From Hydrolagus affinis (Eukaryota), in assembly GCA_012026655.1 (NCBI GenBank), contig JAAILG010000190.1, positions 1-64,000 on the forward strand: 64,000 nt of DNA, in the 5' to 3' direction. The position numbers and the translations under genes were made by a program. Within the stretch, counting starts at the first letter, position 1; the number at the start of each line of letters is the position of its first letter. The notes beneath the pieces are model-generated. The model saw nothing but the letters and a program-made list of their open reading frames with translations. It searched no databases and was not told the origin of the DNA. Positions 12,584 through 25,887 of this stretch are shown in pieces.

Positions 12584-13889
12584 TGATGAGCTAGAGCGTT
12601 TTCATACCTTTCTCCATATGTAGAGCTGGGAAGAAAGAAAATGAGAAAACATAGTAAATAGAATAAACGTACCATTTTCACATTCCGCAGTTTCCTTTTA
12701 GCAGTTAGTGTGGCAAATGGAATGATAGGTGGTAAAAGAAAAATACAAAAGAAAATGATGTGTAAAATTACCACTTGTCTACATACAAGTATTTGATAGA
12801 TGGAATATTCAATATTTTTGCTGTTCAGGGACTCACCTAAATGTTTTCTTTATGTTTTGTACAAATACTGGAAGTTTAAAATTGATAGTTTTATTGATGC
12901 TTCTAACACACAATTTATATTTTTACAATTTCAATAACCTTGTTTCATGGTAGTGTTAGATATAAACATACTGACTTTTATTTTATGAATTCTGAAGATG
13001 CATTCTAAAGATTCATCGATGCTGGATTGCATTCTGTATGTTGTAATACTTTGATATTAAGCTACATTTCAGTCGTTTATTCTGTTTCAAAATGGATGAT
13101 CAATCAAATACAAATTGGCTGCAATGCTAACCAAAAATTTCTTCCATCAGGAAATCCACTGTCAATTTGGCACCTTTCTGTGCCAGCACCTTCCTCTCTC
13201 TGAGGCTTTCTTTCTCTCTCTGAGGCTTTCTTTATCTCTCAGTGGCCTTTGTTTCTTCTCGACTTCAGCTTTCTGTATATCTATATCTCTGGCTTGTTCT
13301 CGCTCTGTTAGGGACTGATTCATTTTTTTTCTCTCACTCAGCCGCTTTCTTTTTCGGACTCTTCTCTCTCTGCCTGTAACCAACACAATACCTGTTAAAA
13401 GCAGCTTAATAAACACCTTGTATTGCAGCTGTACTGAAGGGCCAAGTTGTCAAACTTGTTGTATCCATGTATTATATTCATCCGTGCAGCTAAACAAATT
13501 TTGTGGCGGTTTCAACATTCTTCTGTAACAGCACTTCCAGAAAGCAGCTGATATAAGTTGGCTTTGTTGTGCTCAAATATTTATGACCGTTGACATCACC
13601 CTGAAGCCTTCAAATGTGATTCCCCAATACTGTAAATCCATTGTGCTCAAGTTAGTCCTTCAATATTAATTTAATAATTTGTAAAATGGGCATTGGTGAG
13701 AATTATTATATTTTCCTGCTTCCCACAACGTATTTTACACTTGTATTTTATACAAAAAAATACAGACCGTTTCTTGTCTTTTTTTATCATTGTATAGTGC
13801 CAGTTATTTCCGCTTCAAATTCCAGTGGAGATCTAAGAGGATATTCTGGACAGGAGAATTGCTATTGATTACTTCAGGATTTGAGCATT

Positions 13890-14493
13890 GCTCTTAGCCC
13901 AGTCCTCATTCCAAGTATTTCCATCACCCAGAGGACTCAATTCAAGATTCTGGTCATCACATTCAATAGCCCTCCATGTCCCCGCCCCTCCCTACCTCGC
14001 CCCACCCTACTTCTGCAACGTCCTAACCCTCAAGCAACCTGCTCACCCCCTCTGCTCAACAGCTATTGAGATTGGACAAAGATTACCATCAGTTTGTGTT
14101 TCTATGACCTTCAACAGCCTCCAAAGGCATCATCAACACCTGACACATTACAGGAGAGCATTTGCCTTTACACTCTCGGGGGAGAGACAGTGATTCAGAC
14201 AATCAGGCCTGCTCCATGTCTCCCTCCCCAGCCGCCCCACCATTGACAGGCGAGCCTTCAGCCACTCTGCCCCCAAACCTCTGCCTTATCCCCTCCCCAG
14301 CCTCCTTCAAGTCCCACCTCAAAGCCCTCTTCTTTGATGGTCACATTAGTCACCCAAAATCCCCTAATTTCTCTCCACCCTCCCTGATACCAAACCCCAG
14401 CTCGGGTCTGAAACATTGACTGTCCAGCGCCTTGGAACATCCTCCCAACGTGAAAGGCACTATACAAATATAATTTTGTTGTTGTTGTTGTTG
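13890..14493 (+). mobile_element. L2 LINE 3' fragment interrupted by a ~139-bp insert
   Basis: ORF2-end peptide ITQRTQFKILVITF...PPYL, cctccttcaagtcccacctcaaa (SFKSHLK), tail gactgtccagcgccttgg...gtgaaaggcactatac(ttg)n. Confidence 0.88.
14063..14200 (+). repeat. Direct duplicate, copy 1 (inside the L2)
   Basis: ctattgagattggacaaagattacc...gagagacagtgattcagac; only a handful of differences from 15240-15378. Confidence 0.95.
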
Positions 14494-14824
14494 CTCCTGC
14501 TTCATATTCTCAAAAGAGGAAACAAATACTTTACTCACTTGCTACAGAGCTTTTTTTTATTTGGCCAGACAATGTCTCAACATTGCATTTGCCAACATTA
14601 CATCAACAAAGTAAATGGAAATGAGCCTTTTGCGAAGATGTATTTTAGATCTGAAGCTCCTATCAGATTATCTTACAGTAAGAAAGACCAATGTAATGCG
14701 GTTCACTGTACAAGTGTGAACTGTAAAAGACTTGTGTATCTTTTTATTTCACTTCAAAATCAGAGTTGTAGAGAGAGAGACATCAGAATTAACTTTTGCT
14801 TAATAGTCTGGATGTTCCATATTA

Positions 14825-15165
14825 ATAATAATGATAACACTTTTACTTGATGTAGCGCCTTATCATGTCTTCAAGACGTCTCAAAGCCCTGCACGGAATA
14901 TACTGTGAAGTAAATTATGTGGATGCAATGCGGTAGCCAATCGTGCACATCAGTGTCCCATAAACATTCATGGATAGAGTGACTAATTTATTCATTTTTA
15001 AAAAGGAATTATTACTCCCAGAAAAGCGATCCACCAATCGACTAACACCCAAATTCCTACTTACTACTACATAAACAGAGGCGAGTGGAGTAAGGAAACT
15101 TGCTCAACGTTTCTCCCTGCCATGGAATTACACTCTGGTCATCTTGCTTGTGTGTTCTAACTGCT
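14825..15165 (-). mobile_element. tRNA-derived SINE, long variant
   Basis: Reverse-complement tail and core plus the internal segment gaaaagcgatccaccaatcgactaac. Confidence 0.85.
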
Positions 15166-15239
15166 GAATTGCAATTTTCTGAATTATTGTTACTCGCTAG
15201 TCAAAAATAACAAGGTTTCCTTATGTGTTGTTTTAATAC

Positions 15240-15378
15240 CTATTGAGATTGGACAAAGATTACCATCAGTTTGTGTTTCTATGACCTTCACCAGCCTCCA
15301 AAGGCCATCATCAACACCTGACACATTACAGGAGAGGATTTGCACTTACACTCTCGAGGGAGAGACAGTGATTCAGAC
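15240..15378 (+). repeat. Direct duplicate, copy 2 (in unique intron sequence)
   Basis: Same sequence as 14063-14200, with AT-rich non-repeat flanks. Confidence 0.95.
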
Positions 15379-17378
15379 TACTGTATTATGTTGCTCGGCA
15401 AATGATTTGTTCTGCTATTTATTGTTTGTTCAGAGATAGTAAATACCAGATTTCTAAAGGCAATGGCAAAAGGTTCATTAAAAGTAAACATGTTTGTTTA
15501 ATGTACCGAAACCACACCTTGTGCAAAGCAAAGAACACTGCAGATCTTACATTTTGTGAAAACTAAAGCAAAGGATTAAAATAACAAACCCAATCTTAAG
15601 GACTTTGGTGTTTGAGGAGGTCAGCTAAGCTTTGTGTTGTAACTGATTTATGCAGTAGTGAGTTATCGCATATTTACAGATTGGTAACAGTGCCTGAGAT
15701 TGTTTGGAATTGTAGTTGCGCTTGCAGCAGTACCATTTCAGCCTATTAAAGCTTAACCTTTGAGATGTATTCATTCAGAAAGTAATTTGTAATTTTGGCA
15801 GTCTTCAAGAATTGATTAAAGCATGGAGTTAGAATGAAAAGTGTTTTATTCTGTTGCTGAATGGTCTGTGCTCGAATTAGAACAGGAGCATGGCATTTAG
15901 TATTTCATGTTACAAAAATAAATCTGTCCAACAATTTACATAGTATTGATAAGAGTTCTATGTTTATTTTGCCTATATTGCAACAAATTATTTCTAGTAA
16001 AGTGTGTTGAATCGAGAATAGAATCATTGATTCAACCTGGAATAAATAATTCTTATATCTACATATATTCGCGATTAATGTTTGCAGTGGTTTATGCTCC
16101 ATTCTTGGCATGGTATCAAGTGTGGCTTTGGATGTGCCATGTGTTTGGAATGGTATCTGATCGTAATCCTTCAGAAGCCATGTGGACATTTTTAATTTGT
16201 GTTCACCTTGAGGCGCAAGGAGACGCTAGTTGTCAGCTTGTCTTTGTGTAGTGGGGGGAAAATTGCTTTTATTCAATATGAGTTTATAGCCAGGCACATA
16301 GGAACATGCTGATTGTCAACTCATTCGCTCTTTGTTTCTATTGGATCTGAAGCAGTGAAGTCAGTAAAAATGGTAAAAGCAATTACATTTTTTTTAATAA
16401 TCCCAAATAATCCAGTTCATGGACAATTTATAACAGGACTAATTAATTGAACAATTGCATTAACACTCAACTTCACTTTGCAGCAAAATTTCACAGGAAA
16501 CCTGCAAGTTCTAATAATAGGACCCCATTTCATTTAAGTACCAGAAATGGAAACATTTAACACCACGTCATTCTCTCCACTCCTCAATGTCAAAGCTAAA
16601 ATGGTCATTAGCACTAGGTTTAAGAAAAAGCTTCCATTTGTCAGGAATATATGTTGCACTAAATATCTGCTTTGCTTATGTGAGCAGCAAGACCCTAAGT
16701 TGAGGTGTTTAACCAAAACAGAGGAGCTTCAAATCCTGAACTGAAATATGAATATTACAGAAAGGTGAGAGGAAAAGCTATTTAAGATACTGATCTTGGT
16801 GTATAGTTTGTTTAGGAACTTTTAGAAATTGTCCAAGGTGAGCAGGGCAGAGCATGTTAGAAATTGTCCAATTGGCCAAGATGAACAGGGCAGGACCATT
16901 TGTAAACTTATCGCCAGGTAACCAACATGTTAGCTGGTGAAGAAACATCACCATGTGATATTTGAGTTAGTAATATAAATATTCTATTATTTGACTTAAA
17001 AATATTGATTTGAAAGTCTTAAAACATACAACGTAACAACATAAACATTATTTTTCTGTGAGCATGATAGAATATTTCATCCGGTGGAAGGCAATGAAAT
17101 TGTACTTTATTTTTGGCATTGTGTTATTGTTCCTCAGTAAGATTGTAAGTCATTGTCGACACGGTGTAAACTGTTATCCTTGATAACAGCTTGGAGTTGC
17201 AAATGCTGTCAGTGATAAATAATCCCAAGTGCCTCCTCATGCTGTGGTTCTGCATGATTGAAGATGGTAGCTTGAATTTCTTTGAAACCATTACTGCTTA
17301 GGTAGCCCAAAATGGTCATGTTACATCTTATGTGAGTCTTGACATGTGTATCACCCCCTTTAACGTGTGTTACGGCAG

Positions 17379-17519
17379 GTCTACATCAGGATCAAGGATG
17401 ATGAATGGAATGTATACAGGAGATATACAGAGTTCCGAACATTGCATAGCAAACTGCGGACTAAGTTTCCCTCAGTGAACACCTTCAATTTCCCTCCGAA
17501 AAAAGCCATCGGAAACAAG
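17379..17519 (+). CDS. SNX29: Sorting nexin-29, PX-domain coding exon (third from last)
   Basis: cag|GTC...AAG|gtacag, 141 nt, phase 0/0. Translates VYIRIKDDEWNVYRRYTEFRTLHSKLRTKFPSVNTFNFPPKKAIGNK, with the PX RRY and PPK motifs; closely matches the vertebrate SNX29 sequence as I recall it. Confidence 0.97.
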
Positions 17520-17664
17520 GTACAGCACTTCAAAAATCTCGTTCAGCTTCACACCGTTTCTGATTAAAATGAAACCGTGCAGAATATTCCGTTGGCAACA
17601 TCATTAGCGTTCATTTGCCATAAAACATTTCACATCGTAGGTCAACTGATAATAAATTATGTAA

Positions 17665-17962
17665 TACCCCTCCCCTCCCCGCCCTCCACCGCTCCTGAAC
17701 CCAACAACCAGCTCGGGTGCGGCAGATTGCTGACTGTCCAGCCCTTTGGGATGTTGTTGTGATGTGAAAGGCGCTGTCTAAATGTCTTTTGATCATTTTC
17801 AATCCACAGCTGTTTGTGGGACACTGCTGTGCGCAATTGGCTGCCACATTTCGCCCACATATGTACAGTCAATTCACTTTGGCGTATATTCTGTGACGCG
17901 CTTTGAGACGTCTAGAAGACGTGAAAAGTGTTATGTTGAATGCAAGTGTTATTATTATTATA
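17665..17962 (+). mobile_element. L2 3' end fused to a SINE 3' half
   Basis: L2 UTR (ccagctcggg...tgactgtccagccctttggg...gtgaaaggcgct) to about 17785, then SINE core and tail 17790-17962. Confidence 0.85.
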
Positions 17963-18604
17963 ACTGATGGATTAAACTCAACCCTGGGCAAAATATATAC
18001 GTTACTGAATAAAAAAAGAAAGATTGCTGTTTGTAGGAAATCAATTTAGTTACTCCCTCTTCTGCTTTGAAAAACATATTGATTTTTGTTTAGCGTGTAG
18101 CGAGTATTGCTACCATCGAGAATAAAGGGGCGATCCAATTTAACAGGAAACTGCTCTCCTTTTAAGTATTTATCATGCTATAAAGCTTTGCTAATTTTTT
18201 TTAATCTCAATTCTCCTGTGCCGCATATTCCCTGGGCTAACGAGGACCGCGCCAACATTATTTTGGTAATCTTTAAAGCTACTTGAGGAGAGTTCTCTCA
18301 AAGGACTTATTTCATCAGTGAGGTTTTTGAATTCAAAGTTATTTTACAGCACTGCTACGATTCCAATTGGAATGACTTAATTAAATGTACATGACAGCGC
18401 AGACACATTCTGGTAGATGTACATGTAAAACTTCAGATTTCCTAAATTTGTGCTGTGGGATGTAAATCAGAATGGAGTCATTTTTACTGTTGAATAATAG
18501 ACTTATAAAGTGCTCAGGATTGTCAATGGACCATACCAAATGGGAAACTCTTGGCATATCCTTTGATAACCATTTATCCCCAGATATACCTAGTCTCTCT
18601 GTAG

Positions 18605-18846
18605 ATAATAATAATAATAATCCTTGCATTTAATACAGCGCTTTTCATGTCTTCTAGACATCTCAAAGCGCTTCACAGAATAAACTATAAGGTGAATTGA
18701 AGGTATATATGTGGGCGAACTGTGGCAGCCAATTGTGCACCAGAGTATCCCACAAACAGTCGTGGATTGAAATGACCAATTTTTTGGGGAGAGATTATTA
18801 TTAGGCGTGTGGAGTAAGGATACTTGTCCAAGGTTTTGCCCTGCCT
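18605..18846 (-). mobile_element. tRNA-derived SINE, head missing
   Basis: (aat)n ccttgcatttaatacagcgcttttc...ggagtaaggatacttgtccaagg. Confidence 0.9.
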
Positions 18847-19052
18847 AGAAAATACACTTAATGTGTTGAGTTGAAGTACAAAAATACTTTGTTTCTAAAA
18901 CAATTAAAGAAAATTTATTTCCCTGATAACTTTCATACCTAAGCTTCTTCCCCTTCCTCCAATTTTGATTCATTACACAGGCAGGCAGAGACTCATGTGA
19001 GATACGTTAGATGTTAAAATAAATCTTACAAAGTGTGGCCATAGCACTATAG

Positions 19053-19720
19053 CAACAGCAATTTGCAATTATATAGTACTCTCCAAGGAAGTAGAGTCTC
19101 GGAGCACTTAAATGTGGCGGAGCCTGACTCTGAGCTGGGGGGAGGTGGCTGTAAGCACAGTCAAATAGGAAGGTTTTTCAGGCGGAACTTGAAAAATAGG
19201 AGAGGGGGCAAGGCGGAGGGAGACTATTCCAGACTTTCAGGGCTTAGTGGCTAAAAGTGCAACCTCCAATGCTGGGACAGAGGGATGAGCAGGAGAATGA
19301 TGCCAGTCGAACGGAGGCCCCAAGTGGTGGAATAGGGAGGCAGGAGGTCGGAGAGGTAGGGAGGTGCCAGGGAGTGAAGGGATTTGATCATGAGTATAAG
19401 GATCCTGCTAGTGGAGCCTGGCCAGTCCTTGTTAGCCCAGGGAGATGTGGGTACAGAGTTTGGTCCAGGTAAGTATACCGGTGGCAGAGTACTGAATAAG
19501 CTGCATCTTTTGAATCGTGGAGCTGGGGAGATGGGTGAGAAGTGTGTTTCAGTAATCCATGCAGGAGATGACAAACATATGCACAAATTGGGGTAAGGTA
19601 GAGTCAGAGGCAGGCCTTGTGGCAGAGGTGAAGGAGGCAGTCCGAGTCAGAGACCAGATGTGGGGAAGGCAGGACAACTAGATGTCGAACCGGACGCACT
19701 GGTTCAGTGAGCATGAGCTT
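19053..19720 (-). mobile_element. L2 LINE 3' fragment
   Basis: Minus-strand peptide ILILMIKSLHSLAPPYLSDLLPPY...LRS, typical of the L2 ORF2 C-terminus; (ttg)n-like tail at about 19053. Confidence 0.85.
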
Positions 19721-21529
19721 AGGTGGGGCAGTTCTATTTAGTGTATCTGCATTTAAATATCTTTGCATAAACGAGGTTCATCAAATAGACCCCCAAGTGA
19801 CCATATATTGTTGAATTGGCAGGTTTGAAGCTACAGTGAATCAATTCTCGCTGCTTTTCATGCCATGTTCTGTATAAATTTACTTTGCTTTATATTTTTA
19901 TCACAACACTCACTCAGTTTTTAAAAAAAAACTACATTAGTAATGTGAGTTCAATAGTAAGAGTGTTTTTAAATTATACCAATATAATTCTGAAGCTCTC
20001 CGTGTAGAAATTTGGTCACAAGCCAAGATAGCAAATGATGGCCAATAGCTCTGCCAACCACTTAATATAATCAAATGGCTCATATTCTGCTGCTTCTCTG
20101 CTTCCAAGATTCATCTGGAGCAGAGGACATTCGTGCTTTGAATTATGTTTGCTGAATTCCATTAAAGCTACATGACCACACAATTATTTGGCTAATCACT
20201 GTTCAATATTCGATTAATGCTATTTATTCAAATTAAGTTTTTATCTATTCTGAATTTTTTTTTAATCTTTTTTTTGAAAGTTTCAACTGTCTGTAAGCTT
20301 TTTTTGTTGCTGCTTTTTTTGGTGGGGGAATTTATTCTATTTTGTGTATAAATGGGCCACTTATCATTAACTGGCCATAAGGGTAGGTAGACAGTCTGCT
20401 CGAGAGCCAGTTTGCTCAAGAATTGCCAGCTTGGCTCATTTTCCAATTTTTCTTCCTTTCCTGTGTCTGTGCTTCACATAAACAAAATGATTAGTTCAAG
20501 AAAAACTTACTGAAAATACGTAGCTGAGAGTATCAGTGTTATTGCACTCCAGGTGTTATGTGCCTTGGTAAAGAGAACGTCAACACTTTCTGAAGTTTCA
20601 GAAACTCCATTTTATGGCCTTTTTTGCTGCTACTCGTTTGTCATTTACGAATAAACAGATAAAGTCATCTCATCTTCCCCAAAAGAGATTGAAAAAAAAT
20701 CATTTTTTGCCCAAAGAAGGAAGTTTAGATGGATTATCCAATTTAATAGCTATGGTTTCTCAAATCCTTAGTATTATCCAGCTATATCAATACAACGTAA
20801 TTCCCACATTGCTTGTGGAACTGTAATAGCCACACTCATTTATTTTTCTCAGAATTAATATAACTCTTGAAACTTTTCAGCCCAATAAAACACACTGCAA
20901 ATCCATTTTGCTGATAAAATTTCCAGCATTTGATTCATGTATGGTCTTTCTGCCTCATAATTCTATATTTTTTATATGAGCGAATAGAAGGACACTGTTG
21001 TCTTTTCCAGGTGTTCTAAACGCAATATATTTGGTATAGTAGCAAAGTACCAGCATTTGGTTGCAGTCCATGTGAAAGAATGTTTTCATATAAATCAGAA
21101 CTGATGCCAGGAGAATTTTTAGACAATGCCACATTTAGAAAATAGGTTTGCAAATTATTCACTGAAGAAAATCACAGGTAGGAGTCTTTATGTGAAATGA
21201 TAAAGGCCTACCTTAAACACAGCTGTTGAATTCAGCATTGTCTTAAAAAGTCTTTGTCTTCTTTGCTGATAAAGAGAATTTTGACCTTTTAATTTTTCTT
21301 AAGACAATTATTTTTGACTTGAGCCATTATATTGCACTTAATTAACCTTGTCCGGTAATACTGTCTTAATGCTGTGTATCTTTTAGTTAGATGTGTTGGT
21401 GTTATAATTAGCAGCTTTTCATGTCACCTCCGAACCACTGTCTAAATTTAAATTACAATTTAGTACTTATGAGTTACCCAGCTTTTTTGACTGAGTTCAC
21501 ACTAATTTATATTTGATTGCAAGATTTTT

Positions 21530-21670
21530 TTCTTGCCAACTTCCTCCCATCCACTCTTCGCCTGAAGCCTTGAGTTCCTCAAGTTGCTCAGACAAAAAAA
21601 TGCCATCTGGGACCTCATCCAAGTGATCACGTTCTTCATGTATTGGCAGTGGACTTCGGCAGCCTTATCA
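21530..21670 (-). mobile_element. Ancient SINE-like remnant, 3' part
   Basis: ggacctcatccaagtgatcacgttcttcatgt resembles the reverse complement of an old chondrichthyan SINE body, recalled from memory and not verified. Confidence 0.35.
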
Positions 21671-22071
21671 AATCATCTCATATTTGATCAATTTTTAAAC
21701 ATTTTTAGGTGACGGGAACGAAATCTTGAAAAGTTAATTTAAAAGGATAGACATTTGGGTTCATTTCCGAGCATGAATGAAATTGTAATGAAGAGCAGCA
21801 TGATGTCATTTCTCATTGCAATGGATTATAAAATGCACAAATGAGAACAGAAATGAAAAGCAATCTAACATGGTTTCTTTAAAATTAAATTTCAATGTGA
21901 TTGCCGTTTCGAGATGATATATTTGAACTTATATTCGAAAATATAATAGAGGAAAATTTAACACCATAAGTCCTGGTTTGGGTTTTGAATACACAAGCTT
22001 CTGACCCCCAAATTTGTAGTGAGCACTATAAAATGAAACAAACTCAGACACTTAAATTAAATTCATACAAT

Positions 22072-22200
22072 CATACAATATTACAGCAGAAAAGGAGGCC
22101 ATTCAGTCCATCATGATCTTTACATCATATTCTATGATTCTACGAATTTATCCAAATAATCTCACTTCCCTGTTCTTTCCCCATACCCTTGCAACTTTAT
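22072..22200 (-). mobile_element. CR1 3' end fragment
   Basis: gaaaaggaggccattcagtccatc...ttctttccccataccc, the reverse complement of the CR1 3' UTR. Confidence 0.7.
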
Positions 22201-22856
22201 AAAATCATAGAATATTACAAATATTACAGAGAATTTTAATATGCTCTACCCATTGTGGCTAATACCTAAGTCCAAAATAATAAATAAAGTACAATTGCAT
22301 CCTAGAAATGTTTGTGGTATCTGGTTAGATACAAGTGTACAAACCCTTTTAAATACAGGAACACTAATTTCACACTTGTGAATAGATTTTTTGTTGGCTT
22401 TGATATCCTTTCTGATTGTAACCATGAATTCTTAAAATGTTCTGTATTGACATTACTATCAGCTATCAACTGCACATATATCATACCACTTCAATCTCTC
22501 ACGACTATTTCTGCAACCTATTCCACAAATGTTGCTTTGATGAGAGGGCTTTCTGTCAAAAGGAGCTCTGTGCAAGGAACACGAGATTTAGAAAGTAATG
22601 AGAGAACCTGAGGAAAATACACAAGAAAAATTCTTTCATATTTCAGTGTTATCATAGAGGTGCTTTGCCCCTCTCCTTATGGCTCAAGACAAAACTGGAG
22701 ATGTGAAGTAATGTAAATGGCAGTGTCGTCAAAAGGCTGTTGAGAGTGTTGCTGGGATGTGGTCAATTGTAGCAATAATGTAAAGTTCACTTCAATCTTG
22801 TATTACTCAGTTGATTACATTTCCAGAAAGTTATGCTTGATTTTTGTGTTTTTAAG

Positions 22857-22996
22857 GATGCAAAATTTGTGGAGGAACGGCGTAAACAACTGCAGCAGTA
22901 CCTGAGAAACATAATGAACAAAATTATACAAACACTTCCCTTATTTACAGCCAACCCCAAAAAAGAGACCCTTGTACAGCTTCTTCCATTTTGTGT
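22857..22996 (+). CDS. SNX29: Sorting nexin-29, penultimate coding exon
   Basis: tttttaag|GAT...TGT GT|gtaagt, 140 nt. Translates DAKFVEERRKQLQQYLRNIMNKIIQTLPLFTANPKKETLVQLLPFC(V), in frame with the previous exon and completing the PX domain. Not in the ORF track. Confidence 0.97.
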
Positions 22997-23426
22997 GTAA
23001 GTATGTGACCTTTTCCTGTTCACCCAATTTTCAAAATTAAGTTTTAAGTTTTGCATGATTTAGGCTATTTTGGAAGCATCAATGGCACAGAGTATCATCC
23101 GTTTCAAACTTTGCCGAGCCAGGGAGAAATGGGAGGTGACTGAAGCCATGAGAGCCAGTGTAGCCAGGATTGTATCATTTCAACAACAACAACCTGCGTT
23201 TGTATAGCACCCGCCTGACGTGAAAGGCACTCTATCAATGCAATATTGTTGGTGTTGTTGTTCACACAGGATAAACTTTCAGGAGTAGCAAAAGTATCAT
23301 GCAATTCAGAAATCACAATGACCTTTTATATACCTTTGCATGACATCCAATTGAACCAAAAGCAATTTGGTTCTTTCAACTAAAGCAATTCAATAGTTTC
23401 CTCATTGCCCTTATGGAATTACTTTA

Positions 23427-23693
23427 TAATAGTAATAATCCTTGCATTTGATGTAGCGTTTTCACGTCTTCTAGACATCCCAAAGCACTTCACTGAATAT
23501 ACTGTAAGGTGAATTGACTGCATATTTATGGGCAAACGCAGCAGTCAATTGCGCTCAGCAGTGTCCAACAAACAATCGTGGAGTGAAATTACTGATTTAT
23601 TATTATTTTTGAGGGATTATTATTAGGCGTATGGAATAAGGAAACTTGCCCAAGGTTTCACCCTGGCGTGGAATCGAACCCAGGCCTCTCGCT
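23427..23693 (-). mobile_element. tRNA-derived SINE
   Basis: Tail, core and B box (ggaatcgaacccagg) in reverse complement. Confidence 0.9.
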
Positions 23694-23950
23694 GGTGAAA
23701 TTTTTAAAGAAGTAACGTTGATGCATATGGTAACAAGTGTGGGTGGGAGTGGGGAGGGGGAGGAGGAGTTAAAGACTACTGTGTATATTCTCAGAATTCT
23801 CCTGATGCTCATGGTTTCTGACCATGACTGATGCCCATCAAACAGGTGTAAAAGTATCTTTCTATTTCTTGGTATTTCTAATCAAGACAAGATAGCACAC
23901 TGCAGCATTTCCACTTGGTGGTGTCTCTTCACAAATATTGCAAAAAAAAA

Positions 23951-23967
23951 GATTGATTGATTGATTG
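23951..23967. repeat. (GATT)n microsatellite
   Basis: gattgattgattgattg. Confidence 0.8.
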
Positions 23968-25741
23968 TGTGATCTTGTGATTGCTGTTTTCCTTTCTAAT
24001 AAGTTCAAACCAGTGGGCTCCTGCTATCAGTTTACAGAATAAGCCCACCGCTTCAGGTCATGCTTCTTTGCTCATCCGTAATGGGCAGACCATTAAAAAA
24101 AAGTTGTAATATGTCTGTAAAATTCACCACAAATAACTGATATCAAAAGAAGATCCTCAAGGAAGGATTTTGCGTGGAAAATATTTTGAAGGCTGCTATC
24201 TCTCGGATGGGACTTTAAACTGAGATCTTGTCTACCTGTTCAGATATATGTTAATGGCATTATGCAGTCTGACCAAAAATTCCCAGATAATATTGGTCAT
24301 TCGCTTAATAACAACAACAACAACAACTTTGATTTATATATCTCCCTCCACACCGGACGGCGTCTCAGAGCGCTTAATGACTGTTTACAGACTGCACATT
24401 CATTACATTTTACAGTCTATCCTGTGAAGCTATTTATTCCTCTGAAAAGCATTGCGTCAAACACTAGGAATATTTTTTTTAATAGTTTGTTTTCTGCAGT
24501 TGTCAGTCCCCTCCCATTCGTTTTCTCCCTGGGATATATAACACACAACCTGCTTGACTGGCTTGCCAAGAAGTGTGTGACAATAGCCCAGCAACAACTC
24601 TTTTCCCCTTCTCTGGAGAAGCATCAGGTAGACATAAGCAGAGCTGAATGGGGGAAATCACACCTTCATCCCTCCTTTCTGTGCCACTAGCATGATGTCC
24701 TACTGCTGCACCTGTTTTTCCGGTCTTATATTAATTCTTTTACGGATCCTGTTGCTTATGTTTTCATTAAGAAATCTTTTCATATCCTTTTAATAGGTGA
24801 AGCATAAATTTGTTAATTAATGATCTGATGCCCAAGGGAGTTTTGGCTATGAGTTGTAGCTTGGTTGAAGCAGATTACAGGAACAGAATATTTCACTATC
24901 TGAGCAGATGCATATGTCTAATATTTAATATGTGAATGTTACGCTATTTAGAATGTAGTGTTTAAAAGCATGCAATTTATCTCCTCAAATATGAAGAAAA
25001 ATGTGAACCATTGAGGCAAAATATTCTCTGAGTAACTAAAGCAGCAAAATGTTTCTAAATTTGAGGAAATCTATTGTAGGATATTTATAATAATTTAAAC
25101 AAAAGAATCCTTGCATTTGACATAGTGCCTTTCACATTAGGAAGATGTCTCAAAGAACTTCACAGGAGTTACTATAAATGATGGGGGGTTTTTTGCATGG
25201 AATATTGCTAGATGCTGAATTCAGTAGGTGTGTCTGTTGCCCCAGGTCTCCAGGTTATGTGTTGAAGCCCTGACTTTGAGCTCACAGTCCAGCCTGACAC
25301 TCCAGAGCAATACCGGGAAGCGCTGTGTTGTTAAAATGACATTCTTCATCTTGTGGTGTTCTGGCTAACCACCCTCTCGAAAACATAGCACTTTGTGAGA
25401 CGTGGCTGTTTCATACTGCTGTTTGATCATAATTTGCTATTTGAGTCACCGGATAGATTCCCTGGTCTATCCACCTTTCAAAAATAAATGCCAGTGCCCA
25501 GATAGCAGTGGAAAATCTTTAGTTGTTACGCATTTAGCACAGGGTTTGAACTGCTCATCACAGCTCATAAAGATATTATGTTCAGCCAGCCAGAATGTTG
25601 TATTTCAAACGCTAATCAAATTGTGGTTGCGTGATTTGCTTTGTCGAGCAGTTACTAAAGCAAAAATCACAATCAAATGGCACAGAAAATGACGTGTACA
25701 AAAATAAAAAAGTTGTTTTTTAAGAAAAGCAATCGCTCAAT

Positions 25742-25887
25742 TTATTATTATTGTTTTTCTTCTTGAGGAATTAATATCAGGCGTGTAGAGTAAGGAAAAT
25801 TGCCCACGGTTTTGCCCTGGCTGGGAATCAAACCCAGGTTTCTCGCTTGCGAGGAGAGTTTTCTAACCACTGAGTTACAGGACTCCA
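25742..25887 (-). mobile_element. tRNA-derived SINE 5' half
   Basis: ...ttctaaccactgagttacaggactcca; no Deu core or tail. Confidence 0.85.

Noticed and set aside
12448-12774. 108-aa ORF with a signal-peptide-like hydrophobic stretch
   Set aside because: Spans the N gap and reflects T-rich composition.
14416-14850. 144-aa ORF with poly-Leu
   Set aside because: Poly-Leu comes from the (TTG)n L2 tail.
16821-16900. Imperfect tandem duplication ttagaaattgtccaa…cagggcag
   Set aside because: Two-copy local duplication; no CRISPR-like or functional pattern.
1-17378. Upstream SNX29 exon (…INVWIPSVFLRGK…HVYQ)
   Set aside because: Not found by eye; probably 5' of the window or in the gap.
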